Assembly (NCBI GenBank): GCA_951406725.2 | Contig: OX597827.1 | Span: 5,084,001-5,148,000, forward strand | Origin: Octopus vulgaris | Lineage: Eukaryota | Direction: 5' to 3' | Length of the DNA stretch: 64,000 nucleotides | Part shown: piece by piece, positions 53,874 to 64,000 of the stretch | Layout: every line of letters starts with the position of its first letter | Numbering within the stretch: position 1 is the first letter of the stretch | Notes under the pieces: model-generated | Seen by the model: the letters and a program-made list of their open reading frames with translations, nothing else | Databases searched by the model: none | What the model was told of the DNA's origin: nothing | Position numbers and translations under genes: made by a program

Positions 53874-55199
53874 GGTATTTGAACTCAGTATATGAAGAGC
53901 CAAAATGATTACTGTGCAGCACTTTGTCCAATGCATGACAATTCTACCAGCTCAATACACCTCGTGATGTTTGTAATATGAAAAGAAAAAAAAAACCTGA
54001 AGCCTGTTAAAGTTTGAACTGTTTGTGAATTAAATCATTGTTACTTATATTGAATTATGTTGTAAGTCAAGACTTAACTCACTATCTGTAAGAATGATTT
54101 TTTTAATTAATTATTGAATTAATGTTATCAAGAAAGGTTTAAACTTGTAAAATAACTCCAAACATTCCTTTAAATATCTGTATGTAAGAAATAACAAAAG
54201 CCATATTACCATTAGAAGAATGGTATATAAGAATGAAAGGAATATAAAAGAAAAGATGAGGCAAATTACAAATAGTTGACTGGGCAAGAAAAATACATAA
54301 TTTTCTAGGAGGACATCATTACATGCTTATATAGATTAAATAATGAGATGATCTGAATTAGCAAATTAGAGTTTTCTATGAGAAAACTTTCAATCATTAA
54401 AATCTCTAATTTATTAATTTAACAATCAAATCCATCTAATTTTGCTGACTAACAATAGTTAGGCTTCTATACTAACTTATCTATTTGTTTCCATAGACAA
54501 ATAAATATAATTAAAATGTTTTCTTCTCACATTCCAGAGAAACATTGGAAAGAGTCAAATTAGTTTAAATTGATTTAGATTGCTAAAGTGAGCTTTTCAC
54601 AAAAGGCAAAGACATTATTATTTAATACTTATTTATTTATATGTTTTCTTTTAGTTTAGTAGAATAATTTGGTCAGAATAAGCAAAACAAAAGAAATTCT
54701 AAGGTAAACTTGCATAGTAAATTCCTTATATTGCATTACCATTCTAAGCTTCCAGTATAGATGCCTATCTAATAAAAGATGCTGTATAATTTTTTAGACT
54801 TTTGTTTTACATCAACTACTGTGGAAAATTAGATTAATTTGTTAAGGTTTGTGTGGTTAATGTTAAATTAAAATTTTTGTTAGAAAGAAAAATCTAATGT
54901 TAAGGTGTAAATATTATTATAGCTTTTTTTTTGTTTTTGATAAGACAATGTTTATTGGGAAATATATGACTGTGAGTCAGTGAGTCATGGAAATATTTTG
55001 TAGTCCTGGTAGACAATACTGAAAACGTATTACCTTAAAGTATGGCAATGCATTGAAAGAACCACTTTAACTCATTTACCTCATTCTATACTGGTCAAAC
55101 TGAGTTGGGAAGTTGTTCAGGAATCCAGAATGCCAAATATTTTCACCGTTATAGGCTCAAAAAGAAACTTATTGGAGAGCAACAAGTGATTTGTTTGCT

Positions 55200-55870
55200 T
55201 GCAGTCCTCTGACTACAGAGTAACAAAGTTTGGGTTTTATGTTGATATCACCAGGTTGCCATTGGGGAAATTATCATTACTGATACTATCTCAATTGAGA
55301 GTCTTGCTACTTCGGAATGGAAAGATGGTGATTGTCCTGTCTTTTACCATCCTCACAGCCTGACCCCACTGGTTTCCAGTTGTGACCAAAACTTGGATGT
55401 CAAACACATTTGACAATATCGTGGAGAGAAGCAGCTGGCACCAAGGCAGCAGGATGATTGATAATGCGTAGGGTTCAGAAACATTTGTTGTAGATATTAT
55501 GGTATTGGTATCACAAAGTGGAAGGCTGAGTAATTTGCTGATTTGGAAACAGTTGTTATCCAGCTAGGTGCCAGTCAACCTTGAAAGTGTATGGCATATA
55601 GCCAAATGCTGCCGTGGAGCTTGGAAGTAGAGCTGAAACATGCTGATACTGGTCAAGAGAATTAACAAAGCTATTCAAGACTTTATATTACTGGATGGTG
55701 TCCTATTTATGTTAATTGATGCAACGTCTGTAAAACTGAGGCTGATTCATATCTTGATTATATCAGCAGTTTTGTATGTCCTGATCAAGGGGTTCTGTGA
55801 AGCTGTGGTGAACCTGATTGATGAGAGTATGGCAAAGGCCAGTAATGATAGACATGTTGGAAGTGCTTAA
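55200..55870 (-). mobile_element. Probable highly decayed LINE endonuclease region
   Basis: Higher GC; fragments resembling WH-x-LD and CDT motifs of the RTE endonuclease C-terminus. Confidence 0.35.
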
Positions 55871-56049
55871 TTAGTGTGGACTAAAAACCAAGGTTTCTGT
55901 ATCTAACAAGAATGAGACATATTGTCATCTGGCATCATGAATTAGGATATTAAATATTTCTTTCTTAATGAAAAACAATTTATAATTGGGTAACATTATT
56001 TCCTTTTAATGGAAATATTAACAATGAAAATGAGTTTTTTTTATAACTA

Positions 56050-56914
56050 CAAGTTGTGTTCAAAAAATATCCAACTTTATTTCTTCCTGTCAAAGCCAAT
56101 GCCACAAGGGAAAAGTCCTTTGGGTGGGAGGTGATGCACCCCGCCTGTGCAGGCATGAGAGTTTACGTGCCAGTAGGCCAAGTCAGTTCCCAACTGTTAC
56201 ACCCAGAATACAGAAATGCAGCATATGCCTCTTGTCAGATTATCATCTTCATGCAAGATGACTGAATGCATTGAGTAGAGACCATAAATCTTTGTCTCAT
56301 CACCAGTGATGGTGGCCTTCATGAAGTCTGAATTGTGATTTGCACAATCCAGCAGGTCCTGAGTGATATCCACGTGGAATTGCTTCTGCTGTTCCACCAG
56401 CTCCTTGGGGAAGAATTTTACTGACACTCCCCACATGCACAAATCTTTGTAAGCAATTTCCTGAATTTCTACATAATGGGCCTCTATGACTATTCACCAA
56501 ACTTTCTCAATTGGTTCCCCATTTCAGCTTGTGGATGGCCTGTCTGAGTGTTCCTCGCTCTCCACAGAAATGTGGCCATGTTTAAAGCAGTTGTACCAGT
56601 CCTTGACCTGACTTTTGCCCATGGCATCATTGCCAAGGGACTACTGAATCTTCTGGATGGTTTAAACTTGAGTATCATCAAACTTTTGGAAAAACTTGAT
56701 GCAATATTTCTGTTAGATGTGTTCGGTGAAAATGAAAATACAAGTATGCACTACCCATGGGTATAACAGCCAGGAACTTACACAGCCTACCAGTGTGAAA
56801 ATTTCCATGCATGTGTAAAAAGGGTGGCGTCCCCTGCCACTCAAAGCATTTTGTCCATGTGGCATCCGTTTTGGCAGGAAAATATAAAGTCAGATACTTT
56901 TTGAATGTACCTCA
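56050..56914 (-). mobile_element. Mariner (Tc1/mariner) relic with TA TSD
   Basis: TIRs ...TTCAAAAA(A/G)TATC..ACTTTAT; peptides KYCIKF, WYNCFKHG, FPKEL, ITGDET. Confidence 0.85.
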
Positions 56915-57248
56915 TATAAACCCAATAAAATTAAGTAGAAAGATGTATAAAGTAAAACAAAGCAAAAAAAAATCTATGGCGGTGCCCCAGCATGGCCACA
57001 GCTCATAGGCTGGAACTGGAATCAATCAATCAATCAATCATTGAAATTATGTTAACAAGTAAAGTTAGATGCGACTGGAAAATAAAAAAGTCATTATCTC
57101 AAATGGAAACAGATTTTACCAATTATACCAGATAAAATTGTAAGTGTGAAAAGGCTAGAACATGGGGCCCAAAGATTGGTATACAATAGTGTCAGAACAG
57201 CAAGAGGAAAGAAACTGGGTAAGCATTAGTCAAACACTATCTATTCAC

Positions 57249-57451
57249 AAGTGTTTCTAGCTTGTGGAACTTGAATTCAAAGACTGATTGGACAACAAGT
57301 GGAAGGATTGGTGAACCAATGGTGATAATGTCTTTCTTTGGGGTCACCTGTACCAGGTAAAATGTGCTGTCATCAAAGCCATTTATGTCATAGTTAATAT
57401 TTATAGCCTCAGATTTGGATGAGTCACCCTCAAATTTAATTCCCAATAAAT
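57249..57451 (-). pseudogene. Exon-like segment with beta-sandwich (PKD/FN3-like) pattern
   Basis: ctactcag|DLLGIKF...ININYDINGFDDSTFYLVQV...FEFKFHKLETL|gtgaat. Confidence 0.4.
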
Positions 57452-57873
57452 CTGAGTAGAGGTCATAACAGATACTGTTAACAGGTCTCACAATTTAAAT
57501 TCTAGATTGAAGTGAAGAACTCAAAAGTAGGATATTTTTCATCTTTACCAAAGGTTAGTTCCTATCCAGATCAGAAACATTGTCAGGTTCTGAATAGGGA
57601 ATATGTATAGTGAAACACATGGATTATTCCCATTTATACTATCTGATATTGACTTCGCATTTACCAATAGTGCAATGCTTACAAATTTGTATTGTTCAAG
57701 AATATGGTTGTACATAGTTTTTAGGTTTGTTTTCTTTTGAGACAATGATTTTTTTCCTTTGCAGTTTTACTTAACTTTATTTGTTAATGCAATTTCAATG
57801 TAGATTGTTTTTTGTGTTTTTTTGTTTACATTTATGCATCTTTCTACTTGATTTTATTGAAATGATTACAGAC

Positions 57874-58046
57874 TTTCTTTGTGGGTTTATAGCCATCAAA
57901 AAACTCATTTTCATTATTGATATTACCATTAAAAGGAAATAGTGTTACACAATCATAGATTATTTTTTCATTAAGAAATAATTGTGTGATGAAGTCTTTT
58001 GATGAAATGTGTATGTAGTTAAAGAATATTTGGAATATCTCAGAAG
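57874..58046 (-). pseudogene. Exon-like segment SEIFQIFFNYIHISS...FFDGYKP
   Basis: atatccag acceptor, open frame; donor uncertain. Confidence 0.3.
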
Positions 58047-58429
58047 CTGGATATATGAGGTAGCTACAATAAATTACCAGATCATATGATGCCAAGGGAA
58101 ATAATGGCAACATAACATTCCAGTGAAAAGCTAGGCCTTTTAGTTGTTGTATTTCTATTAGATTTAGTTAGAATAAGTATTGAAATGATTCAAAGTGACA
58201 AGGCTTTCTTCATTGGAGGCTGCGATTCTAACTATCTGAAATAATTAAATATTTTAGGCTGACTTCAACATCGTGTAAATGAGCATACTGAGCGGAAGAA
58301 GCCAATTCATGAAAATAAATTACGTTTGAAAAACGAAGCAAAATCGATTGGAAAAAAAGTTAAGAAAACAAAGCAGCTTAAATATTGCAAAATACATAAC
58401 AATAAAATAAATTTGGATAGAATTATATG

Positions 58430-58469
<40 letters not shown>

Positions 58470-59643
58470 TAAAACGCAACCCTAAAAACATGGTAGCCTT
58501 TAATATTTTGAGCTGAGCTTTTAAGAGGTAATATGTTTCACACACACTTTATTGTTAAAAGCATTATTAGATCAGCATCTGTAATGCGACAGAAAAATAG
58601 TTTAAATGCTGAAAGCTAACTTGAACTAATAAAACAATATTTCCCTTTGGGACCAAATATTTGATCCAGAAATATTTAAAGTATTTAACATTATTTCCTA
58701 TATTTCCTGATTTAAATACATTATATCGTAATTTTATAGACATTTTCCAGAATACATTTAAAGAACTGCACACATACCTACAAACAGCAACGCACGTATG
58801 TGTTTTAAGATAGAAGAAGAAAGAGAGGGAGCACATCCATCCATCCATCCATACATACATACATACATACATACATACATACATACATACATAGACACAT
58901 AAATACATACATACATGCATGCATATGTATATGCAATATGAGTCATACATGTACAAAATGAAAGGTTCTTTGAAAAGTTATTTTGCAAAAAAAAAACGAT
59001 GAAGTTTTAACATTGAAAGTAAATTACTATAATGATTTCATAAAAAGAGAGTTATGCCTTTGAGCTAATTAGTTATTTGATTTAACTGACAGTGGAAAAT
59101 TCAACTTAATCATTAGAAAACAAATCAAGTCTGACCGTATACATAAATTGCTATCATAGCATGTTTAACGGAAGTAAATTAGCTCAATAAATTTATGATA
59201 AAGTGCATGTGATGTGACAAAATGTATTGTTTATAATATATGAACGAACTTTATATTAGAAAATAAAATAGCATTATACAAAAGCATAGAATATAAACAA
59301 ACAAGTTAATATGTTATGGCAAATGAGAAGAAAAATGGTTTTAGTGTGTTGTTAATCATTCAGAGATGCAATATCTTTCCTTCGTTTATTACCTTCACAG
59401 TTTACATACAAGTTCAAATTCCTTAGTATACCATTTGTAATAAATTAAGCAAAGTGACTTTTCTAATATAGAAGAAGAATGAAGTTTATGAACCTCAGTT
59501 TATTTACTTTTACAGTTAATTTAATGATTGAGAAGACGAGTAGTTAGATGTTTACTTATTCATAAATGCATACTGTCTGTGTGTTGGAAGGGAGTTCGAA
59601 ATCTCATATTCTTCCAATATTCAAGTTATTGCTTCTTAAATTG

Positions 59644-60023
59644 TGGAGGCGCAATGGCCCAGTGGTTAAGGCAGCGGACTCGTGGTCATAGGATCGCGGT
59701 TTCGATTCCCAGACCGGGCGTTGTGAGTGTTTATTGAACGAAAACACCTAAAAGCTCCACGAGGCTCCGGCAGGGGATGGTGGTGATCCCTGCTGTACTC
59801 TTTCACCACAACTTTCTCTCACTCTTACTTCCTGTTTCTGTTGTACCTGTATTTCAAGGGGCCAGCCTTGTCACTCTCTGTGTCACGCTGAATATCCCCG
59901 AGAACTACGTTAAGGGTACACGTGTCTGTGGAGTGCTCAGCCACTTACATGTTAATTTCACGAGCAGGCTGTTCCATTGATTCGGATCAACCGGAACCCT
60001 CATCGTCGTAAGCGACAGAGTGC
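59644..60023 (+). mobile_element. SINE family B, full length
   Basis: tRNA-like head with A/B boxes; TSD TTCTTAAATTG at 59633-59643 and 60037-60047. Confidence 0.92.
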
Positions 60024-60629
60024 TAAGAGAGAGAAGTTCTTAAATTGGTTGGTTTTCTTAAACTCAACACATTTTGGGAGTCAATTCCAGATTCTATACA
60101 TTCTGTTATACAGTTTTTGTTTTCCTAGCGTTTTGCATCGATTTATAAGTAATCTGTATGTATGGCCTTTATTGATGACTGACAGAATTCAAAGTTGGTT
60201 TTTCAGGCTACACGATGCACATCACTTTTCGTTTGTTCATTCCTTTAATGATCATTTTCCCCAGGCTGTCATAGGTTTGGATGAGAGATTATTTGAGACA
60301 GGACTTTATGGCCATTTCTTTCTATCGTTAATTTTTACTTCTTAAGTATAGGCATTCTTAGTCCTGAAATATTCAAAAGCACAGTGCAGATGGTTATAAT
60401 ATCAGTGAGAAATTTTAACCTCACCACTACTTTGCTCAACTGTGACAAGCATGGAATATTGATATTCATGCAATTTTTCAAGTGTGCATGCATGTGCAGG
60501 AATGCACATACATAACAAGCACCCTGAAGGTTCTATCTTTCAGATTCCCTCATCAGGTATTGTTCAGCTTAGGACTATAGTAGAAGACACTCAAAAGTGG
60601 GACCAAACTCAAAACCATATGGCTGAAAT

Positions 60630-60753
60630 ATTTTAAATAAATCAAATATCTAAAGTACAACTTGACATGGGTTGGGGTTTCAATAAGGATTGGACCGACA
60701 TGCATCATGCCTAACATACATATGAATGGGTTACAACACTTGTCCTTTGATAT
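60630..60753 (-). pseudogene. Exon-like segment resembling the start of a REJ module (CCNPFICM...GPILIETPTHVKL)
   Basis: Phase-0 acceptor 53 nt after the 60806 donor; C-x-x-P-x-I pattern. Confidence 0.3.
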
Positions 60754-60806
60754 CTATCAGCAGCAGAAAAGCTTTGTCTCTTTTCTGAAGGAAGTATCTG
60801 ACTTAC

Positions 60807-60981
60807 AGATGTTTCTGTGTACCTCCGTGGTATCAAAGATATATGAATAGTTCTTGGAGGAAGGTACACTTGGATTTTTATTGTCATTAGTTGCTCAGAA
60901 CAAAGTAGTTTTTGGCTCATATGCAATCGGAGTTGTGTAATAGCCATGTGGTGCTCATGAAATAAAATATGAAATAAGGTC
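60807..60981 (-). pseudogene. Exon-like segment TLFHILFHEHH...VYLPPRTIHISLIPRRYTETS
   Basis: ctcccacatgtgtag| and |gtaagt; 175 nt open, phase 2 to 0. Confidence 0.5.
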
Positions 60982-61779
60982 CTACACATGTGGGAGAAAT
61001 GATACGTAGTGATATTAAGCCTTTTCTGTACCACAAAGTACAAATTAGTGATTATCAACAGCAAGGTAAAAGTTAGTCAATGACAGTGTCATAAGACAAT
61101 GTGAGGATGACATGCATGGAAGGTGAATGATTCTTCCATTGGGAATGGATTCAGAGAAATTCTAGGCGAAGTGTTTATTGAAAAGGGGGAGGAGGAGAAA
61201 GCAGCATATAACAGAGGACGACTGAGTATTTCTATGAGACATCTGGCTGTGAACTATAGACTGGATTTGTGGTTGCTTCGAGGTTACAGCTGACAGAAGG
61301 TGGTAGACTCAATCTCTGGAGATAAAGCTGGATAACTGTTGTGCTGATGATTGGTGTTGAACCAGAAACACTTGTCAATGAGTGTCCTCTAGACAATAAA
61401 CCTCTCTTTTTCCTTAATGACATGTCAGTTTTGGAGAAATCTTGAGTCTTGAGAAGATCTTCCCTTCTCAAGTGGAGATAGTCTTAATTGCCATTTGGTA
61501 ATTATGATATATCTTCTAGGTGTGCAGTTAATTTTAATAGGTGAAGAATTTACGTTGTTGGGTATTTGATATTATGTTTGTGTTTGTTGATGCTAGAAAA
61601 AAAATACCAAACTAAGAGAAGGCCTGAAACGATTAAATAACAAGAAGAAGCAAAGAACATCACCAAGTTGCCAAAACTTATGAGTTGTTGAATAAGGAGA
61701 ATGTATTAGAGAGAGAGAGAGAGAGAGAAATTGGAGAAGGAGAGAGAGAGAGAGAGAGCCAATCCCAGATAAACCAAAC

Positions 61780-62070
61780 AGGTAGCATTTATTGAAGTCG
61801 ACAGTTATGCAGTTAAAAGTGTGATTAAGGATATGAAGACAGGGAAGGCAGCTGGACTTCCAAGAGTTGTTGCTGAAAATATCTGAGAAAGTAGATAACA
61901 CTAGTCGCTTGCATAGTAAATCAGGTACTACAGATAGGCATCATTCTTAATGACTGGTGTAACATTATCATTATCAACTGCTATAAAGACAAAGGAGAAG
62001 CTCCAGAGAGAGGTAATTAAATTGATGGATCAGCTTATGAAAGTTACTGAATGAGTTAACAAAGTAATCA
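61780..62070 (+). mobile_element. RTE RT N-terminal fragment
   Basis: IKDMKTGKAAG...NDWCNIIIINCYKDKGEAPERGN..IKLMDQLMKVTE. Confidence 0.85.
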
Positions 62071-62231
62071 CTAGAAATCCATGCACACCATGTAAAGGGA
62101 TACTGTTAGCAATGAATTCAGCCAGAAATTGAGCATGCAAGCAAGTGTCTATCAGGCCATAACCGAGGAATTTAAAGCTAGCTTCTTACAGGGACACCTG
62201 TCAGCCATGGACTTAGTTATAGTTGAAACAA

Positions 62232-62850
62232 TCATCATCATCATCATCATCATCGCTTAACGTCCGTTTTCCACGCTAGCACGGGTTGGACGGTTCGACC
62301 GGGGTCTGGGAAGCCAGGGGCTGAACCAGGCTCCAGTCTGATCTGGCAGTGTTTCTACAGCTGGATGCCCTTCCTAATGCCAACCACTCCGCGAGTGTAG
62401 TGGGTGCTTTTTACGTGCCACCTGCACAGGTGCCAGGGGGGGGGGTCCGGCATCGGCCATGATCGGTTGGTGCTTTTAACGTGCCACCGGCACGGAAGCC
62501 AGCCAAGGTGGCGCTGGCATCGGCCACGTTCAGATGGTGCTTTTTATGTGCCACCGGCACAGAAGCCAGTCGAGGCGGCGCTGGCATCTGCCACGTTCGG
62601 ATGGTGCTTTTTATGTGCCACCGGCACAGAAGCCAGTCGAGGCGGCGCTGGCATCTGCCACGTTCGGATGGTGCTTTTTATGTGCCACCGGCACAGAAGC
62701 CAGTCGAGGCGGCGCTGGCATCTGCCACGTTCGGATGGTGCTTTTTATGTGTCACCGGCACAGAAGCCAGTCGAGGCGGCGCTGGCATCGGCCACGTTCG
62801 GATGGTGCTTTTTATGTGCCACCGGCACAGAAGCCAGTCGAGGCGGCGCT
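62232..62850 (-). mobile_element. SINE-like family D with an expanded 5' tandem array
   Basis: (CAT)n tail, GGATGCCCTTCCT, then ~7 units. Confidence 0.9.
62403..62850. repeat. 67-bp GC-rich minisatellite (~6.7 units)
   Basis: (C/T)CACCGGCAC recurs at 62484, 62551, 62618, 62685, 62752 and 62819. Confidence 0.95.
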
Positions 62851-63176
62851 TAATCTTCTCGTTATTTACTTTTTTATTGATATATAATCACTTTTCTGAT
62901 TCTGATATTAATCCCTGATGAACTCTGATTGCACACACCTATTGGATTCAAAAACCTTTATACAACCGCAGAATGAATAGTTTGTGTGTGTGTGTGTGTG
63001 TGTTAGTGGGCAAGGGATGTATCTGTGTTTGTACACACACATGCATGCACACCCTCACACATACTCATATATATGCATACACACACAGATGCATATTTAT
63101 ATACATATACATACATATGTGGAAACATACATAAGCTGTGTTATATCAGATAAAACTTTAAAATTTCTCAACTTAA

Positions 63177-63349
63177 TGAACACAGTAAACTAGGTTGGGT
63201 ATAGTAATATGCTGAAAATATTTGATAAATATTTCATTACTACACAGAACACTATTTTTGACTGAACTGGGCGGCAGCAGTTCACAGGCACTGGAAGCAG
63301 ATAAATCAGTAGATATTTTTATGTGTTTGCTGCTCACTCTCTTTGAAAA
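63177..63349 (-). pseudogene. Exon-like segment FSKRVSSKHIKISTDLSASSACELLPP...LVYCV with a dead donor
   Basis: Strong acceptor ctctctgttttccag|; ends CA|ttaagt, phase-compatible with the 60981 acceptor. Confidence 0.4.
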
Positions 63350-63923
63350 CTGGAAAACAGAGAGAGAGTGAAAAACATCTAAGCATGGCTTTCTGTTAGT
63401 ATCAGCAACAGAGCTTTTCCTTAAGTTTTTAAACTGATGAGAGCCTTTGCCAGTTACAGAAGTAGAAGGAACTGTCAGACGTGTTGAATGTATTTTGTGA
63501 TTGAACTTCAACATTGAATGTACAGCATTCAAAGTGAAAGTAAAACCAAGGCTAATAAATAAATGTACAAATGCAAATGTTGTTGTTGTTTTTTTTAACC
63601 CCAGTTCAACCTTGATGTGAGCAAAGCTATGATCAAAGACATTCAAGCCATGGCTATCCTGTCTTTTCAGACATACTGCATCTCAGACTAAAATAGCTAA
63701 TATGTATTTCCATTTTCCGAGAGAGATTTGGTTGTTGTTTCTAACAAAATGAGGGATTGCAGAGAGGCACTCCCATTAGCAAATGTTGTGTCTATAGGAA
63801 GCTGTGCCAGGGTAAAAGAAAGGAGATAGAAATAAATGTAACAGCAGCAGGGTCATGTGGTGGATTGTCGTATCAAGAAAACTCTGCTTCCATTGGCTTT
63901 TCAAGTTGTTGATGCTATCAGTT

Positions 63924-64000
63924 ACCTCTCTTTTACTCTTTTACTTGTTTCAGTCATTTGACTGCGGCCATGCTGGAGCACCGCCTTTAGTCGAGCAACT
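63924..64000 (-). mobile_element. SINE family A, 3' end (cut by the window edge)
   Basis: CTTTTACT tail and CAGTCATTTGACTGCGGCCATGCTGGAGCACCGCC. Confidence 0.9.

Noticed and set aside
59644-59720. tRNA genes at SINE heads
   Set aside because: A/B boxes continue into SINE bodies with TSDs; I could not fold a complete cloverleaf
62484-62850. HDV-like, twister or pistol ribozyme in the 67-bp unit
   Set aside because: GCCGCCTCGACTGGC resembles HDV P3/L3, but I could not build P1/P2 or the other consensus folds
62404-62918. CRISPR-like array or repeat protein in three frames
   Set aside because: Units repeat over their full length with no unique spacers, there are no cas genes and the context is eukaryotic; a stop-free unit whose length is not a multiple of 3 opens all frames

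Overview
AT-rich, repeat-dense eukaryotic genomic DNA whose SINE families and microsatellites look like an octopus (coleoid cephalopod) genome; the taxon is my inference from recalled repeat families. There are no prokaryotic genes, rRNA or CRISPR, and nearly all listed ORFs are microsatellite or SINE artefacts. Repeats: about five SINE-like families in many nested copies, decayed RTE LINE fragments, one R4/Dong-like retroelement with a restriction-like endonuclease, a mariner relic, a short solo LTR and Penelope-type palindromes carrying minimal hammerhead ribozyme motifs. Between the repeats, the minus strand holds two gene-like things. (i) A chain of exon-like segments from ~63 kb to ~7.5 kb whose translations resemble, in the expected order, a very diverged polycystin-1-like protein (PKD/REJ, GPS, TM1, PLAT), broken by stops, frameshifts, dead donors and an RTE insertion; probably a pseudogene. 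(ii) Four apparently intact, phase-compatible terminal exons at 37.1-35.0 kb encoding a low-complexity tail (DSDSGHG, YETL, Pro-rich end), followed by a repeat-poor putative 3' UTR. All protein-family calls are by-eye motif resemblances and need HMM/RNA-seq confirmation; the edges of decayed elements are approximate.
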